64,000 nucleotides of DNA from Oculina patagonica (taxonomy: Eukaryota), in contig NC_135760.1 in the NCBI RefSeq assembly GCF_052425735.1, positions 27,218,001 through 27,282,000 on the forward strand. The letters are read 5' to 3'. The notes beneath the pieces are model-generated. The model saw only the letters and a list, made by a program, of their open reading frames with translations. It was not told the DNA's origin and ran no database searches. The translations under genes were made by a program, and so were the position numbers. Of this stretch, positions 37,300-50,600 are shown piece after piece (position 1 is the first letter of the stretch; each line of letters starts with the position of its first letter).

Positions 37300-39154
37300 T
37301 ATTAACAAAAGCGACAGGGAGTTCACCACGGTCACACGTCTCAGGCGGCTTTTCTTTCTATTCAGGGAATTTCGTTCATATTGAAGTGTAAGTATGAGCA
37401 AGGATCGATAAAATAGTTGCTGAGTGTAAACATATTCCCATTTCCTTAGGTTAACGAGTGTTTGTACTTCAGTAAATGTTCCGAGACAGGGAGCGCTTTC
37501 TATTTGTGCGGAGAAGGCAGTTGTTTCGGTGGTAAATCAAATGGAATGGTCCTTTACACTGGGAAATTTTCGGAGAAAATGGAATACCTCCAGAGGTATT
37601 CCTCTCTCTCCTCGTTTTTACCGGAATGTTCGAAATATGAATGTACCATTTTGCTTTTTTCGCACAATTACCATGCTCCTCAATCAAATACGTGGGAAAT
37701 GAAATGAAACGGTCCCTTCCACTGAAACGTTTTCAAAATATACGGATTTGTCCCGTACCATTGTGCTTGTTAAAAAATGAAACATTTGCCCGAAAATTCT
37801 CACCCGGCCGGGTTTTCCGCACATGACTGGAAGCCGACCAGGATAAAAGTTTCAATGGTGCCAGGTGTTTTTATAGGAAAATCCATTACCGAGAATTCTC
37901 CCTGCTATGCAATTCTATTTAAAACCGTGTACACAACATAGAAAACTAATTTACAGATATTAAATAAAAAGGCTTCGCAAAACGTCAAATTCGGGCTGAT
38001 AATTGTGTTAAGAATAGATAAAGGACGGCTCTTAACAGGAGGGAGGGGGCGTCTTTGTACAAACTTTTCAAAACTTCAAGGCATGTGATTGTTACGACAA
38101 ACCAAATAAAAAACGTGTTTTTCAACCAGAAAAAACCTCATTTGTTCCGGTATACACTGGTGACCAAAGTGAAAGCGAGCTGAGATTGGCGGCAGGAAGT
38201 TGACAGAAAAGTTGTGTTGACTCGGTATGGCGTCATTTGTTAGTTTTCCTTAATAAACAAAATAGAAAGCTTGCGCTTGGTGTGTATATAGCTTGATTAA
38301 ATATGCTGTCAAAAACATATTCAGCTAGTGAAGTGCACCTTAAACTTTAGCCGTCGCCTGTTCAACGCGTGAACAAGAAGGTTAATTTGTGAAACTGTAC
38401 CAAGCAAATCAATGCTATATATATTATAGCAGGTCCAAGCCGGCAAATTTTGGGTCGAATAATATGAACCAAGGAATAAAAAAAATTAACACTCATATTA
38501 CAGCCTCAATATACAGATGCCACTCTTCTCAGATTTGAGATCTTGTTTAGATTTGCGACAATTTATTTTAATCCGGATTAAAAAGTCTCTAAGGAAATGA
38601 AATGGTTTTATTTGAGTATGTTAATCAGTACAAACCTTTTAGGTTCTCCCTTATGTCACCATGATATATATTTTTCGAAATCAAGATCAAGTGGAAGATT
38701 TTTATCAGACAGATAAGAAAGAATGGTGATTGGACTCAGACACAATCAGTCCGTTTATTAAAGATTAAGATCGTGGCAAAGAACAAAGTATAAATCAAAT
38801 CATCCCTGTTTTTGTTGTAAGTAATAGAAACAAGAAGGAACAGACAAAAACGATAGATTGACAGGTGACAACCTCTGTAAATCGTATTCCAGGTGTAACA
38901 GTTGTACACATAACTAGCAGCTATTTGGCATTCTAAGGATCGTGGAGTTCTAGCAGCAGTAGACTTATTGCGAAGCTGTTAACAAGAAGATCGCATTTCA
39001 TAATGAGTCCAAAAGAAACGGGATAAATCTTTTGAATCTTTGAGTAACTGATAGAGGAGATCGGCGTATCACCTGGCCTGGTAAATCGGCGAGTTTCCTT
39101 CTACTATTCTTCAACAAGACTCTTCAAATCAATACGCATTTATCTTGGCGGAAA

Positions 39155-40162
39155 ATGGCCACAACAACGTCAGCATCATCTCAAGATTCCTTGTACGGTA
39201 ATTCCTCTTTCTACTTAGCACATGCGTCGATTGATTTCATACTCGGCACACCAGCAGTTTTTTCAAACGCTATTTTATTGATTACAATCTACCAAGATTC
39301 TCGCCATCAGAATCAGTTATGGCGAACGCCAGTCATCCTTTTGGTGGCGAACCTGAGCGTGTGTGACTTGCTGACAGGAATTGTACCAGGATATGGAAGC
39401 TTCTACTTTGATATAACCATACTGACCACTGGAACAAGCGAAAAAATGCTGGGATTAAAACTTATGATAATCGTGTTTGCCATTATAACAAATGTTGTGG
39501 GATCCTGTACAGTGCTGGCAATGTCGTTTGATCGTTTGATTGCAGTTAGGTCACCACTGCAGTATAAAACGCGCATAACCAAAAGAAGACTCAAAATATT
39601 TATTTTTACAGTTTGGATTTATGCCTTGTTTTTTGCTAGTTTTTCTAGTTTTGGAGTGCCGAACGATATTTTTATTCTCCTCTACTGCCATCTTCATGTA
39701 TCTGTTCCGTTAATCATCCTTGCAGTGGTTTTTTGGAAAACATACCACACCCTTCGCTTGCATAACAATCGAGTCGGTGCATTGAACAGCGACAGCGGAG
39801 AGCTCATGAACCAAGCTCATAGACGAAGAGAACGAAGAGTTTTATGTGCGATTCAATTTGTTCTCGGCTTGTTTTACATAACGTTCATGCCCCAGTTTGT
39901 TGCTCTTAACATATCATTCTTCCATCCCTGGCTTACGAAGACGACATGGTTTAAAGCTTTTCTTTACACAGCAAACAAAGTTCTCTTAGTGAACAGTAGT
40001 GTAAATCCTTTCTTCTATGCATGGAGAATACCAAAATACAGAAGAGCTCTAAAGATGGCTTTTGATAGACAGTCCGTCAGACCTCTAACACGTTCAACAG
40101 GTACAGAAGACAGACGTGTCACGCGTTTAACAGGTACAGAAGACAGACCTGTTACACCATGA
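39155..40162 (+). CDS. Orphan class A GPCR (adenosine/melanocortin-receptor-like), intronless CDS, 335 aa
   Basis: Seven hydrophobic segments. Motifs SNAILL, NLSVCD, MSFDRL, WIY, FMP, NSSVNPFFY and helix 8 PKYRRAL. Confidence 0.93.
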   Translation: MATTTSASSQDSLYGNSSFYLAHASIDFILGTPAVFSNAILLITIYQDSRHQNQLWRTPVILLVANLSVCDLLTGIVPGYGSFYFDITILTTGTSEKMLGLKLMIIVFAIITNVVGSCTVLAMSFDRLIAVRSPLQYKTRITKRRLKIFIFTVWIYALFFASFSSFGVPNDIFILLYCHLHVSVPLIILAVVFWKTYHTLRLHNNRVGALNSDSGELMNQAHRRRERRVLCAIQFVLGLFYITFMPQFVALNISFFHPWLTKTTWFKAFLYTANKVLLVNSSVNPFFYAWRIPKYRRALKMAFDRQSVRPLTRSTGTEDRRVTRLTGTEDRPVTP

Positions 40163-40275
40163 TTGACCGATCAGAGCCGTGTTTCTTTTTAACTTCGCGC
40201 TTGAGGTTAGTTTCGAACAATCTGCTGTAGTCGATAGAAACTGGGTGGCTAAAGAAATTGAACATAACTCAGTGG

Positions 40276-40403
40276 CTGCCTCATCCCCAGACGTCCCTCC
40301 TTCGTTGGAGCGCGGTACGCATGGAGTTGTGGGCCTGTTGTCCCGCGTTCCCTGTTTCCCGTCATTTGCCGACAAAATGCAGCAGCACTTGGGAACCAGG
40401 CAG
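40276..40403. mobile_element. 128-bp MITE with degraded 9-bp TSD, downstream of the GPCR stop
   Basis: CTGCCTCATCCCCAG / TTGGGAACCAGGCAG termini; flanks ACTCAGTGG and ACCCAGTGG. Confidence 0.7.
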
Positions 40404-40840
40404 ACCCAGTGGTTGATTCAGTGATATGATACTATGTTTATTTTGCCTTTTCTTGCTGGCTTTTCAGTAGAATTAGCAGTAATGAACTCTAAATTTAATG
40501 GAATAAATTGAGTAGTAATAGGACAGTAAGTGAAGAGATTCCAAAGTGAAATTAGAGAACTCGTCGTTGTGGCGACAGCAGTCGATGAACTGTGTAGAAT
40601 ATTGCCAAGTAAAGCGATTAAAGAATTTTTAAAACATATTTATTTGCATTTTAGGCATATTACCATCACTGCACATTATTTACGAATTGTAAAGCGTATA
40701 TAAGGGACTGGTCAATAAGTACAGGGGGGGGGGGCGGAGCAGAAAGGGGGTGGGTCATCAGTTTTTGAGCCCTCGAAAAGGGGTGGGTTATGTAATTTTG
40801 ATCTACACGTAGGGGGTGGGTCATCTTATTTATTCACTTA

Positions 40841-41592
40841 GGCCCGGTTCAAACGTCGAACTTTTCATGTGCCGAACCTAATACCTATTTGGGTCGACCC
40901 AAATAATTAAGTTCGGCAGTTGATTCAAACGTCGCACTTTTTCATGTGCCGAACTCATTCTGTGCCCAGAGGAAAACAATGACTTCTCAAGTCGCGCACT
41001 TTATAAAATGAATTAACAAGAACACTGTTCAGTGGGAGAACATATCTCTTTGTGGTTTAAAATAGAATAAAAACAGCAGTTCTTGAAGTACTGTTGGTCA
41101 AATGTGTTTAGTATCAACCAGTTCTGTAATTTAACTACTACCTTTAGTTTCCAGTCTTGCTTTTTGTTTCCTTTCATTTTAGAGATATATTCAAAAACAA
41201 AAGACGAAAACATGATACGAATGCAATCTACTAACAGCGAGAGTTTGAGCGTTGGAAAGCAATCATGATTATGTCGCGGTCCAGAGCGTTACGTGGCGCC
41301 TTAAATTTTATGCATGACCGCGTTCATGACCTCTCACTAGCCAATTACAAATCCTCTTATATTTACAAATACATTAGCGTAATTTATGCATTAGATTCGG
41401 CACATGAAAAGTGCGACGTCTGAATCAGTGTCGAACTTTTGCCGTTCTATCCGACTGGGCCTGTCGGATAGAACGGCAGGTCGACCCGAATACAAATCTG
41501 TCGAACCTAATTGATTCAAACGTCGAACTTTTCATGTGCCGAACCTAATTAATAGGTTCGGCACATGAAAAGTTCGACGTTTGAACCGGGCC
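40841..41592. mobile_element. Nested Harbinger-like MITE
   Basis: ~39-bp perfect TIR GGCCCGGTTCAAACGTCGAACTTTTCATGTGCCGAACCT; TTA TSD. Confidence 0.92.
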
Positions 41593-41842
41593 TTACTTTT
41601 AACTGTTATAGTTCCAAGAAAAGTTGTATTCATCAGTATATAAAATTGATAAATTTCTCCATGTAAGCAGTTTTAAATGAATTTCTAGCGATTTCAAAAG
41701 GCCCAAATATAAAATTTTCCCGGGGGAGCATACCCCCTGACCCCCCTAGATGGCTTGTAATCATATCATTAGTTTTACCTGACTCTCTTCAACCTGCATA
41801 GATTCACGCTGCGCTTTAGGCCTTTAAATACCAGTAAACTCT

Positions 41843-42234
41843 TTTATTACACAACTAAGGTGGTCCGAGGGCTAATAACTAAATCAGTCAATCAGATTAC
41901 TTAATTTCCGGTCCCGCGAGGGCCGATATTTTCCAAGTATTGGACCGGGTTTTGTCCCGGATGATCCCGTGCTAATTCCCTCACGATTTAGCGCAAGATT
42001 TTTTCGGAGTTTTTATTGCTTTGAAAATGAAATGACCTTAAACACAGAAATAAATAGCGAGCGTAAAAGTTCTGCCGCACATTGTTTTCCACGACATCTA
42101 CCGGGTAGCAATTCCCACTACACAAAGTTTCTAGTTGTGTAATAAATCTTTTATTAACCAAGCTTGCTCGTGACCGTACTGTCAAGACCTCGGGCTAATA
42201 TTCGCCCAGTACGGCCCTCGCGCTTGGTTAATAA
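41843..42234. mobile_element. Nested Crypton-like IR + hairpin element
   Basis: IR TTTATTACACAACTA / TAGTTGTGTAATAAA (42132-42146), then hairpin TTATTAACCAAGC...GCTTGGTTAATAA. Confidence 0.7.
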
Positions 42235-43012
42235 GATATATTTCTCAAACAATTTGCAAATATGAATGATGGACAGTGGTTGTATTTTATTTATGTTATT
42301 AATTTCTGTATAAAAATATGAACTCTTCAATATATAATTGATTATGAATTAATATCATATACTGATTCAGTTTTTTTGCATATGTTTGTGTCTAAATTTC
42401 CCCATGGACTTTACACACAAATATGTGGAAAACTTACAAAAGGCTAGTATGAGAAGTGATAAATTCATCCTTCTTTGGTGTGTCAAGAAATGAAAAAAAG
42501 ACGTACATGGAACAGCAGTGTTCATCAGGGAAAATGTCTATGTAGGGAATTTCACTTAAAAAGCTGAAGTCAAATAAAAAATCTCCAACCCCTAACAGAT
42601 GATAAAGAAATGATAGGTCCCTTGATTTTTTTTTTTAGCAAAGGGGGGTGGGTCATGTAATTTTCAACCCCCTGTCAGGGGTGGGTTAGTCGGTTTTGAG
42701 CCAGACGGAAGGGGTGGGCCACAAATTTTTGAGCCACCACTTTTCCAATTGCTCCGGCCCACCCCCCCCCCCCTGATACTTATTGACCAGTCCCTAAGAT
42801 GTTGCAGTTAGGTCAGTATCGATCCTCATCCTTTATACGCCCAGAAAAAAAAAAAACATGCAAGGAAGAGATCTTTTAAGAGGCAGAAGTAAAATGTCAA
42901 AACCACAAGTACGTGACCGAGGGAACTGAACTATAATTATAGTAAAATAAGGTTTTATTTATAGAGCTCGCTGATTTTCTACCTCAGTGCCGCACAAGAC
43001 TGGCACTGTTAA

Positions 43013-43861
43013 GGAGGCTCGATGTAGTTTTTTTAGCTAAAGGGTGGTTGTTTTGAAAATTAAAATTATCTAGGAAGCCAATGTTCGATTTTTGCCAAAA
43101 TACACCATAATGATCAAATATGACCAAATTTTAATTTTTTACCCGTCACTTAGTCACAAAGGTTACCATAGCAACGATTGACGTTTTCTTTTGTTCTCAA
43201 ACAAGCTTGATTTTCTCGAAATCTAGATTGACTCTTGGTATTCATTTTTTTGATATGTTAAAGTTTAGTAGATTGACTAACTGTTGACGAAATTTTAGAA
43301 AAATCTGTAAGAGCGTTTTCAAGTAAATCAGGATTGAAATTTTTTGAAAAACACTGTTTTAATATAAAATAGGCGCTTTAAAATTGTTTCGTATTATTTG
43401 AGCACAGTTTCTCTTACTAAAATATAAATACTTACACCATCAAAGACCATTAACTAAAAGCGAAAGCCTTTTTGCTTTAATTTGTTAAAATATATCGACT
43501 GCCGATTGTAAGAAATTATAAGAAAATACCAAAAACTTCATTCTTGATTTACTCTAAAACGCTCTTACAGATTTTCCTAAAATTTTGTGTACAGGTAGTC
43601 AATCTACCATACTTAAACATATCAAAAAATGAATACTAAGAGTCAATGTAGATTTCGAGAAAATCAAGCTTGTTTGAGAACAAAAGAAAACGTCCGTGGT
43701 TGCTATGGTAACCTTTGTGACAAAGTGACGGGTAAAAAATTAAAATTTGGTCATATCTGATCATTATGGTGTATTTTGGCAAAAATCAAACATTGGCTTC
43801 CTAGATAATTTTAATTTTCAAAACAACCACCTTTCGGCTAAAAAAACTACATCGAGCCTCT
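43013..43861. mobile_element. Kolobok-like foldback MITE
   Basis: ~320-bp near-identical inverted arms, RR..YY termini, TTAA on both sides. Confidence 0.88.
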
Positions 43862-44067
43862 TTAAAACCACATGTCATATCTCTAAGAAACTTCTCTGCC
43901 GAAAACGTACAGCAAGTCAACGTAGTGCTTGTTTTCCTTAATAAATTCAGACCAAGTGAAAAAGGACAAAAAATGAAACAATTAATAAATGAGTGGATGA
44001 AAAGCAAACAAACAAAAAACACATGAATAATCCCACAAGTTGTATCAAAATTTAAACCAACAAATAC

Positions 44068-44073
44068 TTTATT
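44068..44073 (-). terminator. Probable ATXN2 poly(A) signal
   Basis: AATAAA on the minus strand, 160 nt after the stop codon. Confidence 0.5.
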
Positions 44074-44232
44074 TGCTTCTGCAATTTTTTAAATACAACA
44101 GGGAGGGGAGGGAAAGGAGGTTCTCTGTCACTCCTCCCTCTGTTGCTGGGCTTCTGTAAAACTCTTCACGAACACAGTGTAAGCAGCAGCAGCAGGCAGG
44201 CTGACTGACTAATCTGTATGGCAAATGCGCTT

Positions 44233-47146
44233 TTACTGTATCCTGTCACCATGGAAGTTTCCTATCAAACAAGAAATTAACAAGCACAATTTTAATTAGC
44301 CAGAGTCTAGTTTGGGATCACACCAGCGATTAGACTTGCTCCAATTCGTTTAATTTAATATTTTGATATAGAGTTTTGGGTTGTCTCTTAATGAGCATAA
44401 TGCATGATTTATTAAAGGGAAGTTCGCGGGTTTTATCTAAAGTGGAAGGCTGTTTATGTTAGCGCGATGCTAAAATAGCTCTCATGCGCAAAACGCGTGT
44501 CAAAATGGCTGGAGAACTAACAACGGACGCTTAGCAGCTGACAGGCAGGTCACGTTCCGTTTTTTTTTCGCGCGCGTCTACAGGCAAATCCCGCACGCCC
44601 AATGCCTGATTGATAAACGACTGACTTGGAGCGGGATCACACGCACGAGCGGCGAAGCCACGAGGAGAACGAGCCACTTCAGCCTGTGAGCAAGGCTCTC
44701 CTTAAATACACCACTCACGTTTGTGGCACACCCGCAGGCTAGAGTCGCACGCATGTTTCATCCCAAACGTGATAATAAATTTAAGTCTAACCTGGCCCCA
44801 AGCCTTGGGGTAATAAAACAAAATATAATTGACGTTGAGGGATTAATATATATCATTTATTTTGTTTCAGTTCCCCAAGCCTCGGAGATACGTTGGAATT
44901 TAGATACATTTAAATTAGCCTCCTCTACAGCTTCCATAGAAAGGGGGGGGGGGCGGAAATGGTTTTTCCGTAGCAACTGCATGTGTGTTTTTTTTATATT
45001 CCTCCTTGATGGGCTCTTTTTAAAGCAAGAAGTGCAAGCAAGAGAGAGAATCAAACATAACAGCTGGCAACTACTGCAAGTGTCAAGTAAGTAGACAAGG
45101 CATTCTTACCAGGCATGTAGGGTACGGATGAAGAAGCTGACGTCGGTACACTTGCATTAGGTGGCACTTGGGGGATGTAAACAAGCGGTGATTGACCAAA
45201 CTGAGCTGGGCCAGGAGTCACCTGTCCCTGATGAGGCCCTGTAGCTTGTGGCTGGCCTGGCATCTGTGGCATGGGTGTGAAAATAAACTGACCCTGTTGT
45301 GATGGACTAGGCTGAGGCTGACCCTGAGGAGTGCCAGCACTCTGCATCGGTGCCATGTTACCAGTAACTAAAGGATCAAAACAAACATGTTACTAGACGT
45401 TATTTCTTACATGAAGAGTGTTAGACTGTGCATATAGCCCGGATGCAAGAGTGTTTAGTTCAGTTGTTCAGTTTAGTTCCCTGTCCATATTTGTAGTTTG
45501 CCTGGCTGAATACAACGTTACAGTAACGTGTGCTGTATACATTCGTCATGTTTTTCATGCAACAGACACAAGCTTTTCCAAAGCAGAGTTCAAATATTTA
45601 CCATATACTGGCACATGTGTACCATCTTGGTATGCCTGTGACATTGGCACAGCAGCACCACCTGCTGGCGATGATACCTGTAAAGAAATAAGAAAACCTG
45701 TTAATCCAGTTATCTTAGCTACTCATGACTCAATCATGCAATTAACAACCTCAGAAGGATTGACTCCTTGAATGATAAGCTTTTGACCTGTTGCCATACT
45801 ACAACAATTAAAGAAACCATAGTTACTGTACATACCGGCGCAATAAATCGTGGCGGTCCATGGCCTGGTACTACATACTGAAAAATACATAAACAATATC
45901 ACTCAGACTATCACCACAATATATAATTACAGACAACCTCTATTAGCATAACCCAGTCATCGACTACAGTCACGTTAACGGACATCTCTATAAGAGGGAC
46001 ACATTGTGTTGGTCCCGTCCCTGCTGTTTTTTAAGTCGTTTTACTGCAACTAAACTCCCTATAAGATGGACACCTCTCTAAGATAGACAGTTGGAGCAAG
46101 TCCCATCGGTGACTGTTTTAGAAAGACTGTTTTAGAAAACTCACAATCTGATTGGCTACACAGGCACCTCTTATTAATCAATAATAGGCCCTCAGAGCAT
46201 ATGCAGCATTGTGGTGCACATTGAAGATGAAAAATATTAAACAAAACTATAAATAATTAATTTTTATTAATTTTATTCACAGGACAGGCACTGGGTTATG
46301 CTAAAACAATTGGACAACTCAGTGTCTATCAATTTTGATAGTAGGCTTGGGGCTCCCTGCCCCCCTTGACAGCCACCAATTTAACAGAGACAAATCCTTG
46401 GATGCAAATGGTAACAGCATGCAAATATCAAAACAGAACACACTACCAACCTGCTGCATCACTTGCTGTGGCACCATCCCTGCAGGTGACTGCACATAAG
46501 CAACTGGCTGAGATGGAAGCTGGTACACCTGTTGAGGAAATGTGTTCCCTCCTGGTGCTATGATTGGACTGCCAGTTGCAGCAGCCGCTGATATAAACGG
46601 CGGTGATTCCCCTTGTTCACGGCCACCATATGACTGACCTCTGGCAGCTGTAAGGACAAAGGTTTCATTTGTCAGCTGATCTCACAACAAAATGTTTCCA
46701 TGTCAAAAAAACATTTTGCAGGTATTGAACTTACGTTTGTTAAATGGCTGTTTCCCTCTGTAGACATTGTACTGTTGTGGTGTTACCATCATCACTTGTT
46801 GTGGAGGTGGGAACGGGTTATGAGTTAAATGAGGTCTGATTGAGGTAGGTGAAAAAGGCGCTGCAACCATGTACTGCTGCGGCTGGGGTGAGGGAGCAGG
46901 TTTCTACAGAAAAACAAATTAGTTCGGTAAAAATGACAGACATATGGCAGGTTGATACAATAAGTAACGTTCCAGGAAAAAAATTGAAATGACATAAAAA
47001 TTCTTAATTGACCACTCCTTCAATGAAATATTTAAAATACAGCGCTTAATCCATTAATTGCCCACTGCCCTTGTGGTTAAAATTTATCTTTGAGTTTAAC
47101 TTTTATATCCATATATCCATGTTAATTTGTTCCAAATAAGCATTAA

Positions 47147-47196
<50 letters not shown>

Positions 47197-47618
47197 TTTT
47201 TCAAACTAATTTGATTTTATCTTTTATTGCCTCAAATTCATTCACATAATCTGAAACAAAGGAAAATAAATTTAAACCACAACATATACAAGCATAGTGA
47301 AAGAGTTGAACTCCGGATAACCCCAAGATAGTGGTGAATAGAACTTAAAGTTGTGACTTGAACTTGTGACCACCAGATTTCAAGTCCAGTGCTAACCACT
47401 TGATCACGCTACCATCCCCCTATCTAATTCCATCCATGACTTTTTTCTTTAGTGACATTCTAAAAATCCTTTCAAGTTAAGCAGTTTGTGAGCAGATTGG
47501 GACACCTGATCCAAGGTTCTTGTGATGTCACGAACAAGTCAATATAATAATTTCATTTGAGGGCCACAAGTTTATCAGTTTGATTACTGTCAGGTGTCAC
47601 CCTCGTTAAATAAAGTCA

Positions 47619-47666
<48 letters not shown>

Positions 47667-50600
47667 ATTTGTTCGCAAACTTGAAATAGAAATTCCTCTT
47701 ACTCATCAATTTGCCAAGTTAATATCACATCCAAAATAAGTTAGTGCAATACAGATTGTGTAAAAGCAAAAATGAGGTTTCTTGACTCACCTTAGGGGTA
47801 AATTTAAATTCCTTTGCATTAGGATTCAGTTTGGATTTAGTCAAAATGCTACAAAACAAAAGACAATGGTTGAAAAACTAAAACAACTTGCACTGCTACA
47901 AAAGGGTCAAATCTACAGTATTAGCCCAGCTTTATTCAAATGGCCCACGTTTCATATATATATATCAAAATTCTTACAAGTCTCCGAAGCTTCCCTTGGC
48001 CTACTACAAATGCAAATTTTTAAATATTCAGACTTGATACAAAGAAAACAAAACCAAATATGGAAATTGGACAGAAAGCCTTGTCACCATGTTTGAATTT
48101 AATTTGGATATATGGAACATGAACTAATATTGGTCACCTTCATATTCTCTGACAGGTGGGTTATGATCTGATGGGGTGAGCTGTATTTTATACATGTCAT
48201 AGTTACCAGTACCTTCTGTATTTATATAGCATCTCTAAAATTTTGTCACCAGCATTTTGGGTAAATTACATGTATTTTAACGTGATATATAAATGAGGTT
48301 TTTTGTACATGTAATTTTCTGATGCACCAAGTGACACTTTAATATTACTTTTTTTCCATGACTCTTGAAAACATTCTGCAGGTTCTTGTTGTTCATTAAA
48401 TACATGACAAAATAATGGCATTTAACATGAAAGATCATCACAACTATGCATACAACTTGAACAACTGTGAAAAGAATGCCTGAAAAGAATTCAGGCCTTG
48501 AATGGGATGACAAAAATAATAACGTGTGCAATAAAGGATAGCTATTAAGTACCTGTCTTCAGCATTCTTTGGAGTCTTTTTGTCATCTGTTTTTTCCACA
48601 TCAGGGGCAGGGGGCATTGGTTCTAGGGTAGTTATAAGTTGATATTTAGTAGTGAGTTTTTAACTGACAAAGTATGATATTGCCTTCCTTAGTTTTTCAT
48701 GTTCTATTGTGGTAATTAGTCTTACAGAAGAAAGCAAATAATAATATCTAAAGTGTGAGTGAAAATTATGCATGAACATTCTCCTTGCCAAGAATTTTTC
48801 CCCTTCAAATGTTTGGAGAACTGTGATATGCATACACCTTATTTGATGGTCTTAAACTTACTACAGATTTTTTTAGTCCTAAGGGGCAAGAAAAATGCAT
48901 AAAATGAGTCCAGTGTCCATTTTATAAGTATAAATTGTAAAACCATCAAACTAAGGAATTGATTTTTCAGCTTCAATAGAATTTTTTAACTCCAAAACGG
49001 ATAAAGAATACTACAGTGTAATATTGTCTCATATTTTGCATGTTCTCATGATATTTTAGGTCAAATTAAATTACATAACAGTGCAATAATAATAACTAAC
49101 TAAAAATAAAATGTCCAGTTGGGGATGTGTTTTATTTGTTTCAGTTAACAAGGTAATATTGTTGCAAGGGAAAATTATTGTGAAACCACAGGTATAATAT
49201 ACCGGTGCCTTTAAGCAAACTTCGAGTTTAAAATTTTGTAAATAAATTTCCAAGCAGCAGTGTATACATACCAGTGTTTGGCAAGGTTGCTGCCTTACTC
49301 ACTGTTGCAGCCTCAACTCTGTCAGATTCTGCTGGCTGTACCTCTTTAGGTTTCTTTGACGGTTTTTCACCAAGCTATTAATCAAATCAAAGAGGTAACT
49401 GAATATACTTAATTCTATACAATTATATTTTGAAATATTAAGTATAAATAAGTTACCGTAATGATTCGATTAAGCGCCCTCCTTCCAATAAGCGCCCCCT
49501 TCCGAATAAGTGCCCCCTTGAATGTGTTTTTGCCAATAAGCGCCCCTATTCCAACAAGGGCCCCCATTCTAATAAGCGCCCCCATTCTTATAAACTCATG
49601 AACATTCACAGTACCGTACATGTATATGTCTATTGCTATAATAGACAATTCTTTCAAAAGTAACTGAACTTTCAACAATTTGTTACTGTTACATTTTCTG
49701 TTATTGTTAGATATTTTAATATTTATAAAAGTTTTGTTTTGAACAATTGGCTGTTTCTCAAAAAATTAAATAAGCGCCCTGTCCCGAATAAGGGCCCTGT
49801 CTCGAATAAGCGCCCTCCCTTGAGGTGCCAAAAGTAAATAAGCGCCCTGTGCGCTAAATCGATTCATTACGGTATTTTAATAACTATTTCCATATGAAGA
49901 ATGTATGGAACAGCATGGAAGTGCTTACTGCTTGTCTTCTAGCTGTGTTCTTCTCTTTACTGTTTGCCTAACACCATTTATGTTGCATGTAGGAATCCCG
50001 ATTTCTCAAACCTCAATGGGATTCCACTGAGGTAATAAAAACTTGGTGCCACATCAAAACATTATCACAATATTCCCTAGTTGAAAACTTGTTTTATTCT
50101 CCTCGCTAGGTGTAAAATCAATAAAAAGTATTGTATTTTTAATATGAAAAGAGGAACAAGATGTTGATAATCCTTAGAAATTAATCAAAACAGAACCATT
50201 TCCTAAAAAATTCAAGTTAAGACTGTGCAAATTAAATAATTTTTTGGTGTACTTAAAAAGCAAAGGGGCCATTACCGTGAAGTTTGAGTGGAACTCCTTC
50301 AAATCTGAAACCAAAGGAAATAAAATTTAAAATATTGTCATGTAAACCTTATGGAAGGCACAGTGGTGGTTAAAGTAGTTTGCTGAACTCTGGATTGAGT
50401 GTTGTGAGTGTGAGCCTTAGCTTGGTTCACTGCGCTATGCACTTGAGCAAGACACTACTGTCAGTGTCTCCCTCAGGCCAGCTGTATAAATGAGTACCAA
50501 TGAATTAAATGCTGGGAGTGACTGTGTGATGGACTATCACTGTATAGAAATACTCCTTCTTGCTTCATTCTACAGAAACTATAGTCTCCTTTGCAGCCAT

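Larger units (their letters stand above)
40704..42794. mobile_element. PIF/Harbinger-like non-autonomous element hosting two nested insertions
   Basis: TIR GGGACTGGTCAATAAGTA/TACTTATTGACCAGTCCC; TAA TSD. Confidence 0.9.

Noticed and set aside
44412-44706. TTAA-flanked element in the last ATXN2 intron
   Set aside because: It is CpG-rich and repeat-like, but the termini are not inverted, so boundaries cannot be supported.
50302-50326. Microexon acceptor resembling the interior of the TGTTGTGG MITE
   Set aside because: The match is only ~24 bp of AT-rich polypyrimidine sequence and the exon looks ancient, so chance is likely.
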